Part shown: one piece after another, positions 49,901 to 59,900 of the stretch
Layout: every line of letters starts with the position of its first letter
Position numbering within the stretch: the first letter of the stretch is position 1
NCBI GenBank assembly: GCA_965372795.1
Contig: CBDVDR010000001.1
Coordinates: 1 to 64,000, forward strand
Direction: 5' to 3'
Length of the DNA: 64,000 nucleotides
From: an uncultured bacterium
Lineage (GTDB): Bacteria; Zixibacteria; MSB-5A5; GN15; FEB-12
Made by a program: the position numbers and the translations under genes
The notes under the pieces: model-generated
Seen by the model: only the letters and a program-made list of their open reading frames with translations
Databases searched by the model: none
What the model was told of the DNA's origin: nothing

Positions 49901-52900
49901 TAGTTATATAAGTAAAGTCTGCTATCGGCGGTGCTAAAATAATGAAAGTATATAGTTTACTTTCTGTATCAGTTCCATCAGGACCGGTTATCGTCAAGGA
50001 AATCATATAATCTCCTGAAACCGTATAATCATGATTTGGATTCTGATCTGTTGAACTCGTTCCGTCACCAAAATCCCATAACCAGCTTGTTATATCACCG
50101 GTTGATAAATCACTAAAGTAAACGATTAAAGGACTACAACCGGATAATGGTTCAGCAGTAAAGTCGGCGTTTAAGTTCGGGTCTTTCACAGTAATGATTT
50201 CAGTGGATTTTTTACTGCCACATTCATTGGAACTTGTCAGAGTAACAGTATAAATTCCAATAACTGTAAAAGTATGGGTCGGATTTTGATCGGTTGATGC
50301 TGGAGAGCCATCATCAAAATCCCATGACCAGGAAGTCGCAGCGATTGAATTATCAGTAAATTGAACTGTTAATGGCACATCACCATGAGTCGGCAGTGCT
50401 GTAAAAGCAGAGGTTGGAGAAGAAAATACGTTAATATGATTTACTTTTGTCTCGGTATCAGTTCCATCAGCAAAAGTCGCTGTAAGTGAAACTGTATAAA
50501 TCCCAGGTAATAAGTAAGTGTTATCCGGATACTGTAAAGTTGAAGTATTTCCATCTCCAAAATTCCATGCCCAGCTAATTACTTCACAGTTTGAGAAACC
50601 GTTAAAGTAAACTGTTAATGGACCACAGCCCGAAGGGACTTCTGAACCAAAGTCAACTTGACAACTTGGATCTGTCACAATTATCTCTTTGGTTGACTTC
50701 CTGCTGCCGCACTCATTGGTACTCGTCAGTGTAACCGTAAAGGTTCCAAAAGTCGCAAATGTGTAAGTAGGATGTTGATCAGTTGAAACAGGTGTCCCAT
50801 CATCAAAATCCCATTCCCAAGATGTTGCTCCTAAAGATAAATCGGTAAAATCAACTGTTAATGGTGCCTCACCCTGTGTTGGTGTCGCTGTAAATGCTGA
50901 GGTCGGTGCATCTTTAACTTTAATGAAATCAATCTTTGTTTTCGTATCGGTTCCACCATCAAATGTAATAGTCAGTGAAACTTTGTAGAAACCAGGATTG
51001 ATATAAGTATGATCTGGATTTTGAAGAGTGGAGCTGCTTCCATCACCAAAATTCCATAACCAGTTGTTTACTTCACAATCAGACTGATCATAGAAGTAAA
51101 CTGTTAACGGACTACAGCCATAAGGAACTTCTGAATCAAAATCAGCTTGACAGGTTGATTCAGTAACTGTAATAACGTCACTTGACTGGTCATCACCACA
51201 TTCATTAAAGGTGCTTAGGATTACAGTATACTGACCTGTGGCAGGATAAATATATTGGGGATGTAATTCTGTTGAGGTTGTCCCGTCACCAAAATTCCAT
51301 TCCCAGGTTGTGGCATTAGTCGATTGATTTGTAAAATCAACCGTTAATGGTGCGTTGCCTTGAGTAGGAGTCGCAGTAAAAGCTGAAACAGAAGATGGCA
51401 GTACAGTTATATACTCAATCTTAGTCTCAGTATCATCACCACAATCATTCCTGACGGTTAAAGAAACTGTATAATCGCCAGCTCTTGAATACTGATGAGA
51501 TGGGTTTTCCTGAGAAGATGTAGCACCGTCACCAAAATTCCAAGACCAGCTGTTTACATCGTGAGAGCTCAAATCAATAAAATGTACATCTTCTTCAACA
51601 CAGACGGTTGTTACCTGAGCAGTAAAATTCGCTGTTGGCAGTTTCTTTATTAAAATATATTGTACTTTTGTTTCGGTATCATAACCACAGTCGTTTGACA
51701 CTTTTAAACTTACAGTATAAAAACCGGCTGTGGAATATGTATGAGATGGGTTTTGATCTGTCGATGTATTGCCATCTCCAAAATTCCATTCCCATTCATC
51801 AGCCAGATATGACCTGTCATCAAAATTAATTGGCTTGCCAACACATCCTTCTAATGGGTCAGCTCTGAAATCTGCATGAGGTGGTTGGTCAACAGTAATA
51901 GGGATAGATTTTGTAATATCATCTTCCCCACAGATCCCTTTTACTGTTAATTTAACATTGTAAGTTCGTGCAATATTGAAGAAATGTTCAGGATTTGGAT
52001 CAGTGGATATATAACCATCATCAAAATCCCATAACCAGGAAATGGCATCTGTAGACTGATCAGTAAATTGTACCCTGCCACCTGAACAGAATTGAGTCAA
52101 TTCATAAGTGTAATCTGCAACAGGATCAGGAATTATAATAATCTTGAGGGTTATAGTTTTATCATCTTGACCGCAATCGTTTTTAACAGTCAATTTAGCG
52201 TCATAAGTTCCACTGGCGGCATATGTATGAACTGGCTCTTTTTGAGTTGATGTATTACCATCACCAAAATCCCAGTCCCAGGATGTTGCATAAGTTGATA
52301 AATCTACAAAATGAATTTCATTGGCAGTACACTCATGATAAGATTCAGGTCTGAAATCAGCTACCGGACCTGTACTTACAGTGATATATGCTTCTTTAAG
52401 CTCTTTGTCAATTTTACCGCAACTATCCATTATTTCTAATTCGACATTGTATACACCAGTAGCAGCATAAGCATGAGTCGGATTTTGATCGGTTGATGTA
52501 TTACCATCTCCAAAATCCCAATACCAGGAAACTGCACCTGTAGATTGATCTGTAAAAGTCACAGTTTCATCTATACAAGCATTCGTTTTATTAACTGTAA
52601 AATCTGCAATTCCTTCCGGAGATGAATCAATGACAACACTTTTGGTTTCAACATCACTGTTACATAAGTTACTTGCCGTCAATGTAACTGTATAAGTGCC
52701 GGGTTGATTGTATTTATGTGAGGGATGTTGATCTGATGAATAATTTCCATCGCCAAAATCCCATTGCCAGGCATCAGCATCAGTAGAATGATCAGTAAAC
52801 TCTACATGCCCGGTAAAACAATCAGAAACCGCATCAAATGTAAACTTTGCATCAGGATTAGGATAAATTGAGATATAAAGGACTTTTATCTCGTCATCTT

Positions 52901-53726
52901 CCCCACAATCATTTTTGACTGTTAAAGAGACTGTGTATTGCCCTTCAATAGAATATGCATGAGAGGGATTTTGCAATCCTGAAGTATGACCGTCTCCGAA
53001 ATTCCATGCCCACGAAGTAGCATCAGTTGACAAATCTGAGAATAATATATTTTCACCAATACATGCCGTAGTTGAACTTGCCCTGAATTCAGCAATCGGA
53101 TCAGGAGTACTTGTTACATTAATGTCCATTGACTCAGTTAATGATCCACATGAATTTTTAGCTGTTAATGTAATCGTATAAGTTCCGGGAGTACCATAAT
53201 AATGATCTGGTGGATTTTCTAATGGTGAAGAAGTGCCATCACCAAAGTCCCATAACCATGATTTAGCACCCACTGATTGATTCAATAATTCAACCGTTGA
53301 GCCATTACAATCCGGAGTATATTTAACTGAAAAATCAGCTGAAATTGGTTTATCATAAACCTTGATATAAGTAACTTTAGTTTCAGTATCAAAACCACCC
53401 GGACCGGTTACTGTCAATGAGACTGTATACAAACCTGATTGAGTATAAGTATGTTCCGGCCATCGGTATATATATGTACCACCTTCATAGATCGTACCAT
53501 CGCCAAAATCCCATGATAGATAATTATATAAGCCGGATGATAAGTCTGAAAATTCAACTGTTAACGGGTTGCATCCCTCCAGAGGTTCACCAATAAAGTC
53601 GGCTACTGGAGGATCACATTTCTCAGCCTGAGCTGAGACTGATAAAGAACTGCCAAATATGATTAAGGCTGTAAAAACTAATATCATAATTGAAGTTCCA
53701 GGGCTATTTAATCTTGTTGTGTTCAT
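46932..53726 (-). CDS. Giant secreted protein: 16 PKD domains, DUF11 domains, SdrD-B-like domain and OmpA-like peptidoglycan-binding domain
   Basis: 16 W(D/N)F(G/D)DG motifs; K......GD.I.(Y/F)TI.V.N...D.LP DUF11 motifs; OmpA motifs EGHCD, NWELSEARA, NRRVEV. Start probably 53726 given GGAGGT spacing (track gives 53732). Confidence 0.88.
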   Translation of the reverse strand: MNTTRLNSPGTSIMILVFTALIIFGSSLSVSAQAEKCDPPVADFIGEPLEGCNPLTVEFSDLSSGLYNYLSWDFGDGTIYEGGTYIYRWPEHTYTQSGLYTVSLTVTGPGGFDTETKVTYIKVYDKPISADFSVKYTPDCNGSTVELLNQSVGAKSWLWDFGDGTSSPLENPPDHYYGTPGTYTITLTAKNSCGSLTESMDINVTSTPDPIAEFRASSTTACIGENILFSDLSTDATSWAWNFGDGHTSGLQNPSHAYSIEGQYTVSLTVKNDCGEDDEIKVLYISIYPNPDAKFTFDAVSDCFTGHVEFTDHSTDADAWQWDFGDGNYSSDQHPSHKYNQPGTYTVTLTASNLCNSDVETKSVVIDSSPEGIADFTVNKTNACIDETVTFTDQSTGAVSWYWDFGDGNTSTDQNPTHAYAATGVYNVELEIMDSCGKIDKELKEAYITVSTGPVADFRPESYHECTANEIHFVDLSTYATSWDWDFGDGNTSTQKEPVHTYAASGTYDAKLTVKNDCGQDDKTITLKIIIIPDPVADYTYELTQFCSGGRVQFTDQSTDAISWLWDFDDGYISTDPNPEHFFNIARTYNVKLTVKGICGEDDITKSIPITVDQPPHADFRADPLEGCVGKPINFDDRSYLADEWEWNFGDGNTSTDQNPSHTYSTAGFYTVSLKVSNDCGYDTETKVQYILIKKLPTANFTAQVTTVCVEEDVHFIDLSSHDVNSWSWNFGDGATSSQENPSHQYSRAGDYTVSLTVRNDCGDDTETKIEYITVLPSSVSAFTATPTQGNAPLTVDFTNQSTNATTWEWNFGDGTTSTELHPQYIYPATGQYTVILSTFNECGDDQSSDVITVTESTCQADFDSEVPYGCSPLTVYFYDQSDCEVNNWLWNFGDGSSSTLQNPDHTYINPGFYKVSLTITFDGGTDTKTKIDFIKVKDAPTSAFTATPTQGEAPLTVDFTDLSLGATSWEWDFDDGTPVSTDQHPTYTFATFGTFTVTLTSTNECGSRKSTKEIIVTDPSCQVDFGSEVPSGCGPLTVYFNGFSNCEVISWAWNFGDGNTSTLQYPDNTYLLPGIYTVSLTATFADGTDTETKVNHINVFSSPTSAFTALPTHGDVPLTVQFTDNSIAATSWSWDFDDGSPASTDQNPTHTFTVIGIYTVTLTSSNECGSKKSTEIITVKDPNLNADFTAEPLSGCSPLIVYFSDLSTGDITSWLWDFGDGTSSTDQNPNHDYTVSGDYMISLTITGPDGTDTESKLYTFIILAPPIADFTYITNPSNRQAPVTANFTNISTGSTSWSWDFGDGNTSTSPNPTHIYVDSGHFTVVLTAKNACGIDTKTTEIVVERTFAPGMLRLFTTVDKVQAPPEDTLLYTITIRNTENAPIANVIVQDTIPELTAYVASSAVSRASQRPKTSYDGLAQTTSTILFDALDNMIIWSVDTINALDSVKMEFKVVIDQSAPNGYIVTNKAIITNPADQYTESVVTTEVIAPTITIEKSAYPTIANAGDTITYTIQVTNTGNYGLTDAIIEDDHPDDFNFVQGSAMVDGIPAISVGTDPIRIVIGDIGFPDTVVITYLSEIPTGLDYSLPFDNYATLYDNNGDGASHSWGPVMARVGVEVPPLIITKRSNVNSGFPGDIIDFTIIVENVSTTTALNSFILDTLPYGFAYIDSTTIIDQAIAPDPAGINPLTWQMGDLDPGDKVTLRYTVQLSTRILGGINENIAWAHADDFVPSRATCRVNVIPSTLSGSIRGRVIVDCGDGEIEFDTTLSGVDLFLDDGSRSQVNNKGMFYFSTVRPGQRAVMIDTRDLSDRLYDLADGQIASVFVFVHETGESYLIFKVCPAQPILKLNKLAAQVPTAMITKSASIDTTQTYDSTGVVVDYEISIDYNGGAEAVRLKIVDSLPDETQLSMVDGTELIVSSDGKQLYNEFTVGADGFRKSMKYSIEDLDPGSRKFLENTIYIEGSPDTTAKEYTRQSTTVTVAVGPLRTAPDTQIKMNIIGAYFETSKAFLRPEALPILEAIADSILKYSDVTIRTEGHCDYRRINTVRFPSNWELSEARALSVLTWLNENHNIDTSLMSYEGFAATIPVDTGHSEVHWQQNRRVEVFITGRNRSQVDYSQIPVNNWEATTILELEPINWDTVLVPDTDGAAQIGPNTWEVLIVIENVGYYSAENVVLEDILPINGEYVLESATVDGEAARAAIGSDGHLLIEIDKIDREQKIEVRYRFKASPDTNPSGSGEAIIEMESRGKTVTHRSNTIRFE
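49700..53610 (-). repeat. Array of 16 PKD-domain repeats (~250 bp each)
   Basis: Recurrent ccatc(a/t)ccaaa(a/t)tccca blocks encoding WDFGDG, and NDCG/NECG motifs. Confidence 0.85.
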
Positions 53727-53738
53727 ATTCATTACCTC

Positions 53739-56348
53739 CTAGAACTTTCCAACGATACGGGTGAAAATTCCATGACCCCGATAATAGTTATCAGGGAAAA
53801 CTGCATCAATTGAGTTTTCAATTCTCTCATAACCTAAAGAAACGCGAAAACTTTTTGGGTTTTCATAGCCTACTTCAATTTTAAAAAATGTCTCCTCATC
53901 TTCAAATATATTTTTAAGTAAAAATCTCTTCACCGAAGCAAGAGCAAATATATTATGGGTTATTGAAAGAGAACCATTAAGAAGCATGAGATAATTTGTT
54001 GATGTCAATTCCTGCACCGGCTCATCTTCCTTTAATTGCTCTCGTCTGATTAAGCCGACGGTAAATTCATTTAACCGGTTTCTGTTCCAATGAATTCTGG
54101 CACCTATGTCCCATGTTTTGTTTCTGGAATTCAGAGTAGCGTCTCGTTTCACTTCATGAACTTCGGTCTCAACATTTAACCAGAAATGATGAGTAAAGAA
54201 ATAAGTTAATTGCCCGAGGTAAAAATCATCTATGCTGGACAAGGTTGAATCAGTCCAGACCTGATAAAGATCATGGCGCGTGAACTTGCCTAAAGCTTTG
54301 ACTTTTTCAACAGGTAAATACTCAAAGGCTATCGTGCCGGCTTTCTCCTTTTTGTTGGGATCAGATTGGCTAAAGCTTAAATCATTACCCGGCACTGTAA
54401 ATTTCTTATATTCGTAAGTTGAGAAAGTGCTGAAATTCTTCGAATGTTGGGTCCGCAGTTTAATGAATGTGGCGTCTTCACGATCAGACCATAAATCATT
54501 ATCAGTATCTTTTACAAGGCGGATTCTTTGTGTTATTTCAATCCTTGTGCCTTTCCGATGTTCATTGGCAACTGTAATAGAAAGTTGATCCGTATTACTA
54601 TCACCTGTGTTGTCGGCAATGTTATCGAATCCTATCCGTTCATAGTGGGCACCGTATTCAAATTTATTCATAATTCCGAAATTTTCTTTCGTTCCACTAA
54701 GATCGCCTATAAACCGTTTCTGTCTTTTATTTTCCAAAAGCGGGTCATCGGTATTTTTAATATTTCTCAGTTCAAATCCGGCTCCGAAATTAAAACCATC
54801 TCGTTCACGGTTTTTGTATGCAACTGTATAGATATCTTCTTTTTTGGTTCCGTTGTAAGTATTATTTTTGCCGTTGGGAATCAGATTTTTTAAATTTCTG
54901 AATGAGCCAGTGAATTGTTGTTTCTCTGTTGAGTTATAAATTCCTTCAAAATTCAGACGCTGTTGATTTATAGTAGGCGTAATATTGGCATTACCAAAAG
55001 TTTGAAAATTATCTTCTATTCGTTGAACATCAGCATTGAGCTTAAGACTCTCAAAAGGATTGACTGACCAGCCTGCCCGCAACGCCATGTCATTATCAGT
55101 ATAACTGTCGCTTTCAGCACCGGCAATTTCTACATAACCCTTACCAAGTTCGTTTAAATCAAGAGATGCATCTCCGACAATCAGATTCTCCGGTTCTTCC
55201 AAGCCGATTCCGGTAGCATTATTATCCTGGAATTGATGGAGATAGGATATGCTGGTTTTAACTTTGCCGTTTTCACTCGCAAATTTTGCCCGACCACCTA
55301 ACAGTTCATCATTACTGGTTCGTTGATAATCATAAGTGATGACAATATATAACGGGTCGTTAGCAGCTGTAACACTTGGAACAGGCTGATGAAGTAAAAT
55401 ACGACCTCGTTCATAATCAACCGCATAATCAATGTCCCGAATAAGTCTTCGAGTTGAAATAAGGGTTGTTAAATCAAAACGATCTCGAATTTCAATTTTT
55501 ACTTCCTCACTGCCCCGCGTTACAGAAGCATTTGATAAGTAATAAGGTCCCGAGGTGCCATCGGCTGGAAATCCAACTGAAGTCCCTTCTCTAAACCTTT
55601 TTCCATCAAGTTTTCCACCAACAGCCTCTACGCCAATCGACTTATTATGCAGATCGGCATAAGCTCCGAAGATAGAACGGTTATGAAGGCTGAATTGGGA
55701 TCCTTTGAAACTTGGTTTGATAGAACCGCCTTCAAGATATCCATGATCGTCTGATTCAAATCTGGCGAACATTTCCAAACGAGCTTTCTCCTGCGGTTGT
55801 GTTAATAGACGGGTATCAAGGTTTGAATATTCCCATAGATAATTGGGATCGTAAGTGCTATGTCCGGTAAACCGCCAGGTGTCCCAAAGCGGTTCAGTCG
55901 ATTCAACCGACATCTTAAGTCTGAAAATCGAGGGATCATACACCCGATATTCATCATCTATTCGAGAATCAAGGATTGTCACCCCGTGTATAAAAAGACC
56001 ATTACCAATATTTCCATCAGCAAACAAGGAAGCTCTAAAATTTGTGGACAAATCCTTGGTTAGTTCCGGATTATTGATATTAAATGCTGGTTCATTCCCT
56101 TTCACAGTAAGGCTATGAATGGTTAATTCACCTAACCCCAAAAATAATAGCTTTTGACGGCTGGCATAAGTTGAATCTTCTAATAGATTACTATTGGGTA
56201 CAAATAGCATTGTATTTGTACCTATTTCCGGTAATGATCCGGTTACTACCGTTTCATCACTAAATGCAGTTAATGGCACCAAACAAATCGCAAAAAAGAA
56301 TAGACATAACTGCAACGTTGTCTTGTGATTCGTGAACATTTTTTTCAT
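53739..56348 (-). CDS. Putative outer-membrane beta-barrel protein, partner of the PKD/DUF11/OmpA protein
   Basis: 869 aa; signal peptide; many amphipathic strands; terminal Phe (FTRIVGKF); motif DGTSGPYYL...GSEEVKIEIRDR...DYAVDYERGRILL; its stop codon overlaps the RBS of the next gene. Confidence 0.6.
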   Translation of the reverse strand: MKKMFTNHKTTLQLCLFFFAICLVPLTAFSDETVVTGSLPEIGTNTMLFVPNSNLLEDSTYASRQKLLFLGLGELTIHSLTVKGNEPAFNINNPELTKDLSTNFRASLFADGNIGNGLFIHGVTILDSRIDDEYRVYDPSIFRLKMSVESTEPLWDTWRFTGHSTYDPNYLWEYSNLDTRLLTQPQEKARLEMFARFESDDHGYLEGGSIKPSFKGSQFSLHNRSIFGAYADLHNKSIGVEAVGGKLDGKRFREGTSVGFPADGTSGPYYLSNASVTRGSEEVKIEIRDRFDLTTLISTRRLIRDIDYAVDYERGRILLHQPVPSVTAANDPLYIVITYDYQRTSNDELLGGRAKFASENGKVKTSISYLHQFQDNNATGIGLEEPENLIVGDASLDLNELGKGYVEIAGAESDSYTDNDMALRAGWSVNPFESLKLNADVQRIEDNFQTFGNANITPTINQQRLNFEGIYNSTEKQQFTGSFRNLKNLIPNGKNNTYNGTKKEDIYTVAYKNRERDGFNFGAGFELRNIKNTDDPLLENKRQKRFIGDLSGTKENFGIMNKFEYGAHYERIGFDNIADNTGDSNTDQLSITVANEHRKGTRIEITQRIRLVKDTDNDLWSDREDATFIKLRTQHSKNFSTFSTYEYKKFTVPGNDLSFSQSDPNKKEKAGTIAFEYLPVEKVKALGKFTRHDLYQVWTDSTLSSIDDFYLGQLTYFFTHHFWLNVETEVHEVKRDATLNSRNKTWDIGARIHWNRNRLNEFTVGLIRREQLKEDEPVQELTSTNYLMLLNGSLSITHNIFALASVKRFLLKNIFEDEETFFKIEVGYENPKSFRVSLGYERIENSIDAVFPDNYYRGHGIFTRIVGKF

Positions 56349-56589
56349 TGTTAACTTTCAGAAAAAGTATTTATTCTTTTGCAGAAAAAATTGTCCTGCA
56401 ATTTAGGTTTATTTGTCTTATTTATGGTAAATATACAATCATTCCCTATAATGTAAAGATTTATCTCTTTATACACTTACACTTCCTTGCAAACAAGTCT
56501 GAATTGTGCAATTTATATGCAATTAATTTCACCCAATCCTTCCCAATGTTACCCTATAAAACGTAACTGATAAATACAATCTCTTAGAC

Positions 56590-56605
56590 AACAAGTATCA
56601 TGCCA
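56590..56605 (-). promoter_or_regulatory. Possible sigma54 -24/-12 element
   Basis: Minus strand TGGCAT-GATAC-TTGTT; the -12 element is GT rather than GC. Confidence 0.25.
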
Positions 56606-56906
56606 TAGTAGATAATTTTTCCTTTTATTGCTGTTTCGAATGAGCTTCGGTAGAATAATTTTCAACACACAATCACTACAAATATTATCTTATATTGATT
56701 TGTTTATTCATAACTACATGAAATGGGTGCACTATTGAGACTCTCATGTTGAAGAGATTTGAAAGGAAGGTTGGGAGCAGACGAGGGTTCGCCAAGGCGA
56801 ACCGCCCACAAAACGTATTCCATTGAAATATTAGACGTTAAGTAGAGTCAAGTTGAGTTAACTTCAGCGAAGTAGTTTCTTAGGGAATTGTTAGAAAGTA
56901 TGTATT

Positions 56907-56940
56907 AAAAAACCCACTGAGATTGAATCTCAATGGGTTT
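56907..56940 (-). terminator. Intrinsic terminator of the S8 protease gene
   Basis: Minus strand AAACCCAUUGAGAU-UCA-AUCUCAGUGGGUUUUUU. Confidence 0.8.
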
Positions 56941-56962
56941 ATACAACCAAGATTCAACTAAC

Positions 56963-59900
56963 CTATTTAAGCAGCATCATCTTTTTGGTGCTTGTATATG
57001 TCCCAGCTGTCAGACGGTAGAAATAAACTCCGGAAGCAATCTTTGACCCTGCTGTATTAGTACCATCCCATTGTACAGAATGATATCCAGCTTTCAAGTG
57101 ACCATCAATCAAAGTTACAACTCGCTGTCCAAGGACATTGATAATTTCCAAGTTTGCATGTGCATCAACCGGTAATGCAAATTTTACTTTTGTAATAGGG
57201 TTAAATGGATTCGGGTAATTTTGGGATAATTCAAAGCTTTCTGGAATATATGGCGAACCTTCTTCCACAATCGCATCAATAGAATTATGATTCATATTTG
57301 AAACTTTTGCCCATTCAATTATATGATATCCAGGCACCTTAAAAAGCTCATAAGTTCCATTTTCAAGCAGAGCCGAACCTCCTAAATCTGCTAAACCTAC
57401 ACGAAGAGTGCTCTCGGTACGACCCTGCAAAAGTTGAAGACCTCTCTCTGAAGAAAGTTCGGCCTTGGATAAATCGTTACCAGTCAAATTTAATTGAACG
57501 CCACGTAACTGCTGATCAGAATCAAGATGAACAAAAGTTGTATCGTCATGGTAATCATAATATAATGTAACATTTGCTTGATTCAATTTATTTATATTAG
57601 ATGAAAATTCCCCACACATTGCCGGTGGATTCTGAGAAACAAATAAATAGTCTACCGTTTTTGTAACATCACCTATGCTAATTTCTTCATTGAAATCACC
57701 ATTGACATTAGCTTCTTCTATACAATCAGGAGCATCTCCTGATGTAAATAGATAATCAACCATATCCGTAAGATCAGAGATATTACAATTTACTTCATCA
57801 CCATTGAAATTACCGCGCAATCCCTGACAACATTCTTCAATTGTGAAGCAGTAAGGACCTCCCCAGTTCGGATATACTGCATCAGACTGACCGTTCTCCT
57901 TTCTTAGTCCCCAATTCCACGTATTTCTGCCTCTATTTCTTCCTTGCATAAAATCAACCTTATCAACACAAATCTGTTGTCCTATATTATCACAAGAAAC
58001 AAAAGTAGTAATTCGCCAGGCAGGTACTCTTATTCCGTTGACTAATATATTATCAACCGGAATCACATCACTTCCTTGAAATCTTACCGAATCAATCTCT
58101 TCATTATGAATTACCTCTTCATTAAACCACATATCAAGAAAACTAGCCCAATCCAAACTATCTGTTACCCATTCAATATCTACAGGATCAAATTGAGCAT
58201 TATCAGGTGAATATATTTCGAAACCATGTTCAAAATAAAGAATTGTTCCCGGCTGATCGTTATTAATCCCTAATATGAAGCTGAATTCTTGACCGCAAGG
58301 AACATTCTTCGTTTCCGGCAACAGAAGTTCAACTTGTCCCCCAGCTCTCAAAGTCGAATACCGGTACAAATTCCATTCGGAAATTTCGTAACCATCAGAA
58401 CCTCTTATTTGCCACCAGTAAGTAGCGTCAGTCTCCCCTTCAAATCGAACATCCACACGTGACTCTTTACTATCGATAACACTGAAAATCACAGAATCCA
58501 TATTAGCATCATACGCCAACATTATATCATATGTCATACTATCTCCCTCAGGATCCACCACCGGATCAAAGCCGAGTTCTCCGACATATGGTCCCTTTTC
58601 ATCAGCAAAATATGCATCGGATGGGGCACCCAGAAAACCATTCATATGAATGTTAAAGTATCTCCATCCTCCCCACGAAATACTGTTGGATACTCTAACT
58701 CTTACAATATAGTCATGGCTGTCCATAAGGACTGATCCAGCATATTGAACAAATGTATCAGGATTATTAACAATACCAGAGGTCCAAACCAAACTGTCCT
58801 GCCAATCCAGGATAGTATGACTTAGTTGGAGTTCAAATGCTTGTTGAGTCCCAACACTATCTTGAAAAGACCAGTAGAATAATGGGGTATGTGATACAAT
58901 CCGGAATTGAATTTCATTACCTACATTTATGTTCAAGGCGAGTGGTAGACTGTTATTAGATGCTGCATTAAATGCCCCCATATCTCCGCGGGTGCCGTCC
59001 AAATCATTAAATTCTGAAGATGTATCTGCCGCATCAATACAAGGTGAACCATCAGCTAATTCAAAATTACCATTCGCCGCATCAACAAAGAGAGGATCGG
59101 CAGATATAGAACCTATACCCGGAACTGCCCTCACATAATTACTATCATAGTTCAAATAAACGTTGTTATATTGAAAACTCAAACTATCTATTTCATTACT
59201 TATGATTCCATATCCCGGACCATTCTCTACTATAATATTGTTTCTAATATCATAATTATAAAATGTGGAACTACTTATACCTGCTCCCCCCTCTGGAGGA
59301 TTACCTTCAAATGGTATACTATGATTACGATAAAAAGTATTATTGTAAACTTTGGTTGTTCCATAACAATGATTCAACCGCAATCCTCCGCCTTTATGAG
59401 CAGAATTCTCGATAAACAGATTATAGCTTATAAAGGCTCCGTGAGAAAGCCTCATAGAAAGACCACCACCCTCTTCAATAGCCTGGTTATTTATGAATTT
59501 GTTATTTTCAATAACATAAGTACCTTGTCTGGTATACATACCACCACCGCTGACATCGCCCTGATTGTTTTCAATAACACAATTACGAACAACTGTTGGA
59601 CAGTGGCCGGAACCATTTCCACCTCTTACATTAATTCCAATACCAGCCGAATTTTGAATTACACAGTTCAAAATTGAAAGTGAACTAAAGTAAATTTTAA
59701 TCCCATCACCAAGTGAGTTACGAAGTGTAAAACCCTGCAAAACGGTTGTTGAATCTTCTTCCATTCCAGCCATTACAAGGACCGATGTGTCGCCCATGAT
59801 CGGCTCTATAAAAGTATTAGCTGCACCATCAACCGATGTCAGTAATATATGTTTCCCTAAAAAGTTAATATGCTCTGCATAGACACCTTCCGATACATAT

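Noticed and set aside
49700..53610. Regularly spaced DNA repeats as a CRISPR array
   Set aside because: Degenerate, in-frame, ~250-bp period coding repeats (PKD domains); no cas genes
56348..56760. 72-aa plus-strand ORF at 56348 and a short FIHNYMKW frame resembling a RAYT remnant
   Set aside because: Low-complexity AT-rich intergenic sequence with no RBS; the similarity is too short to support
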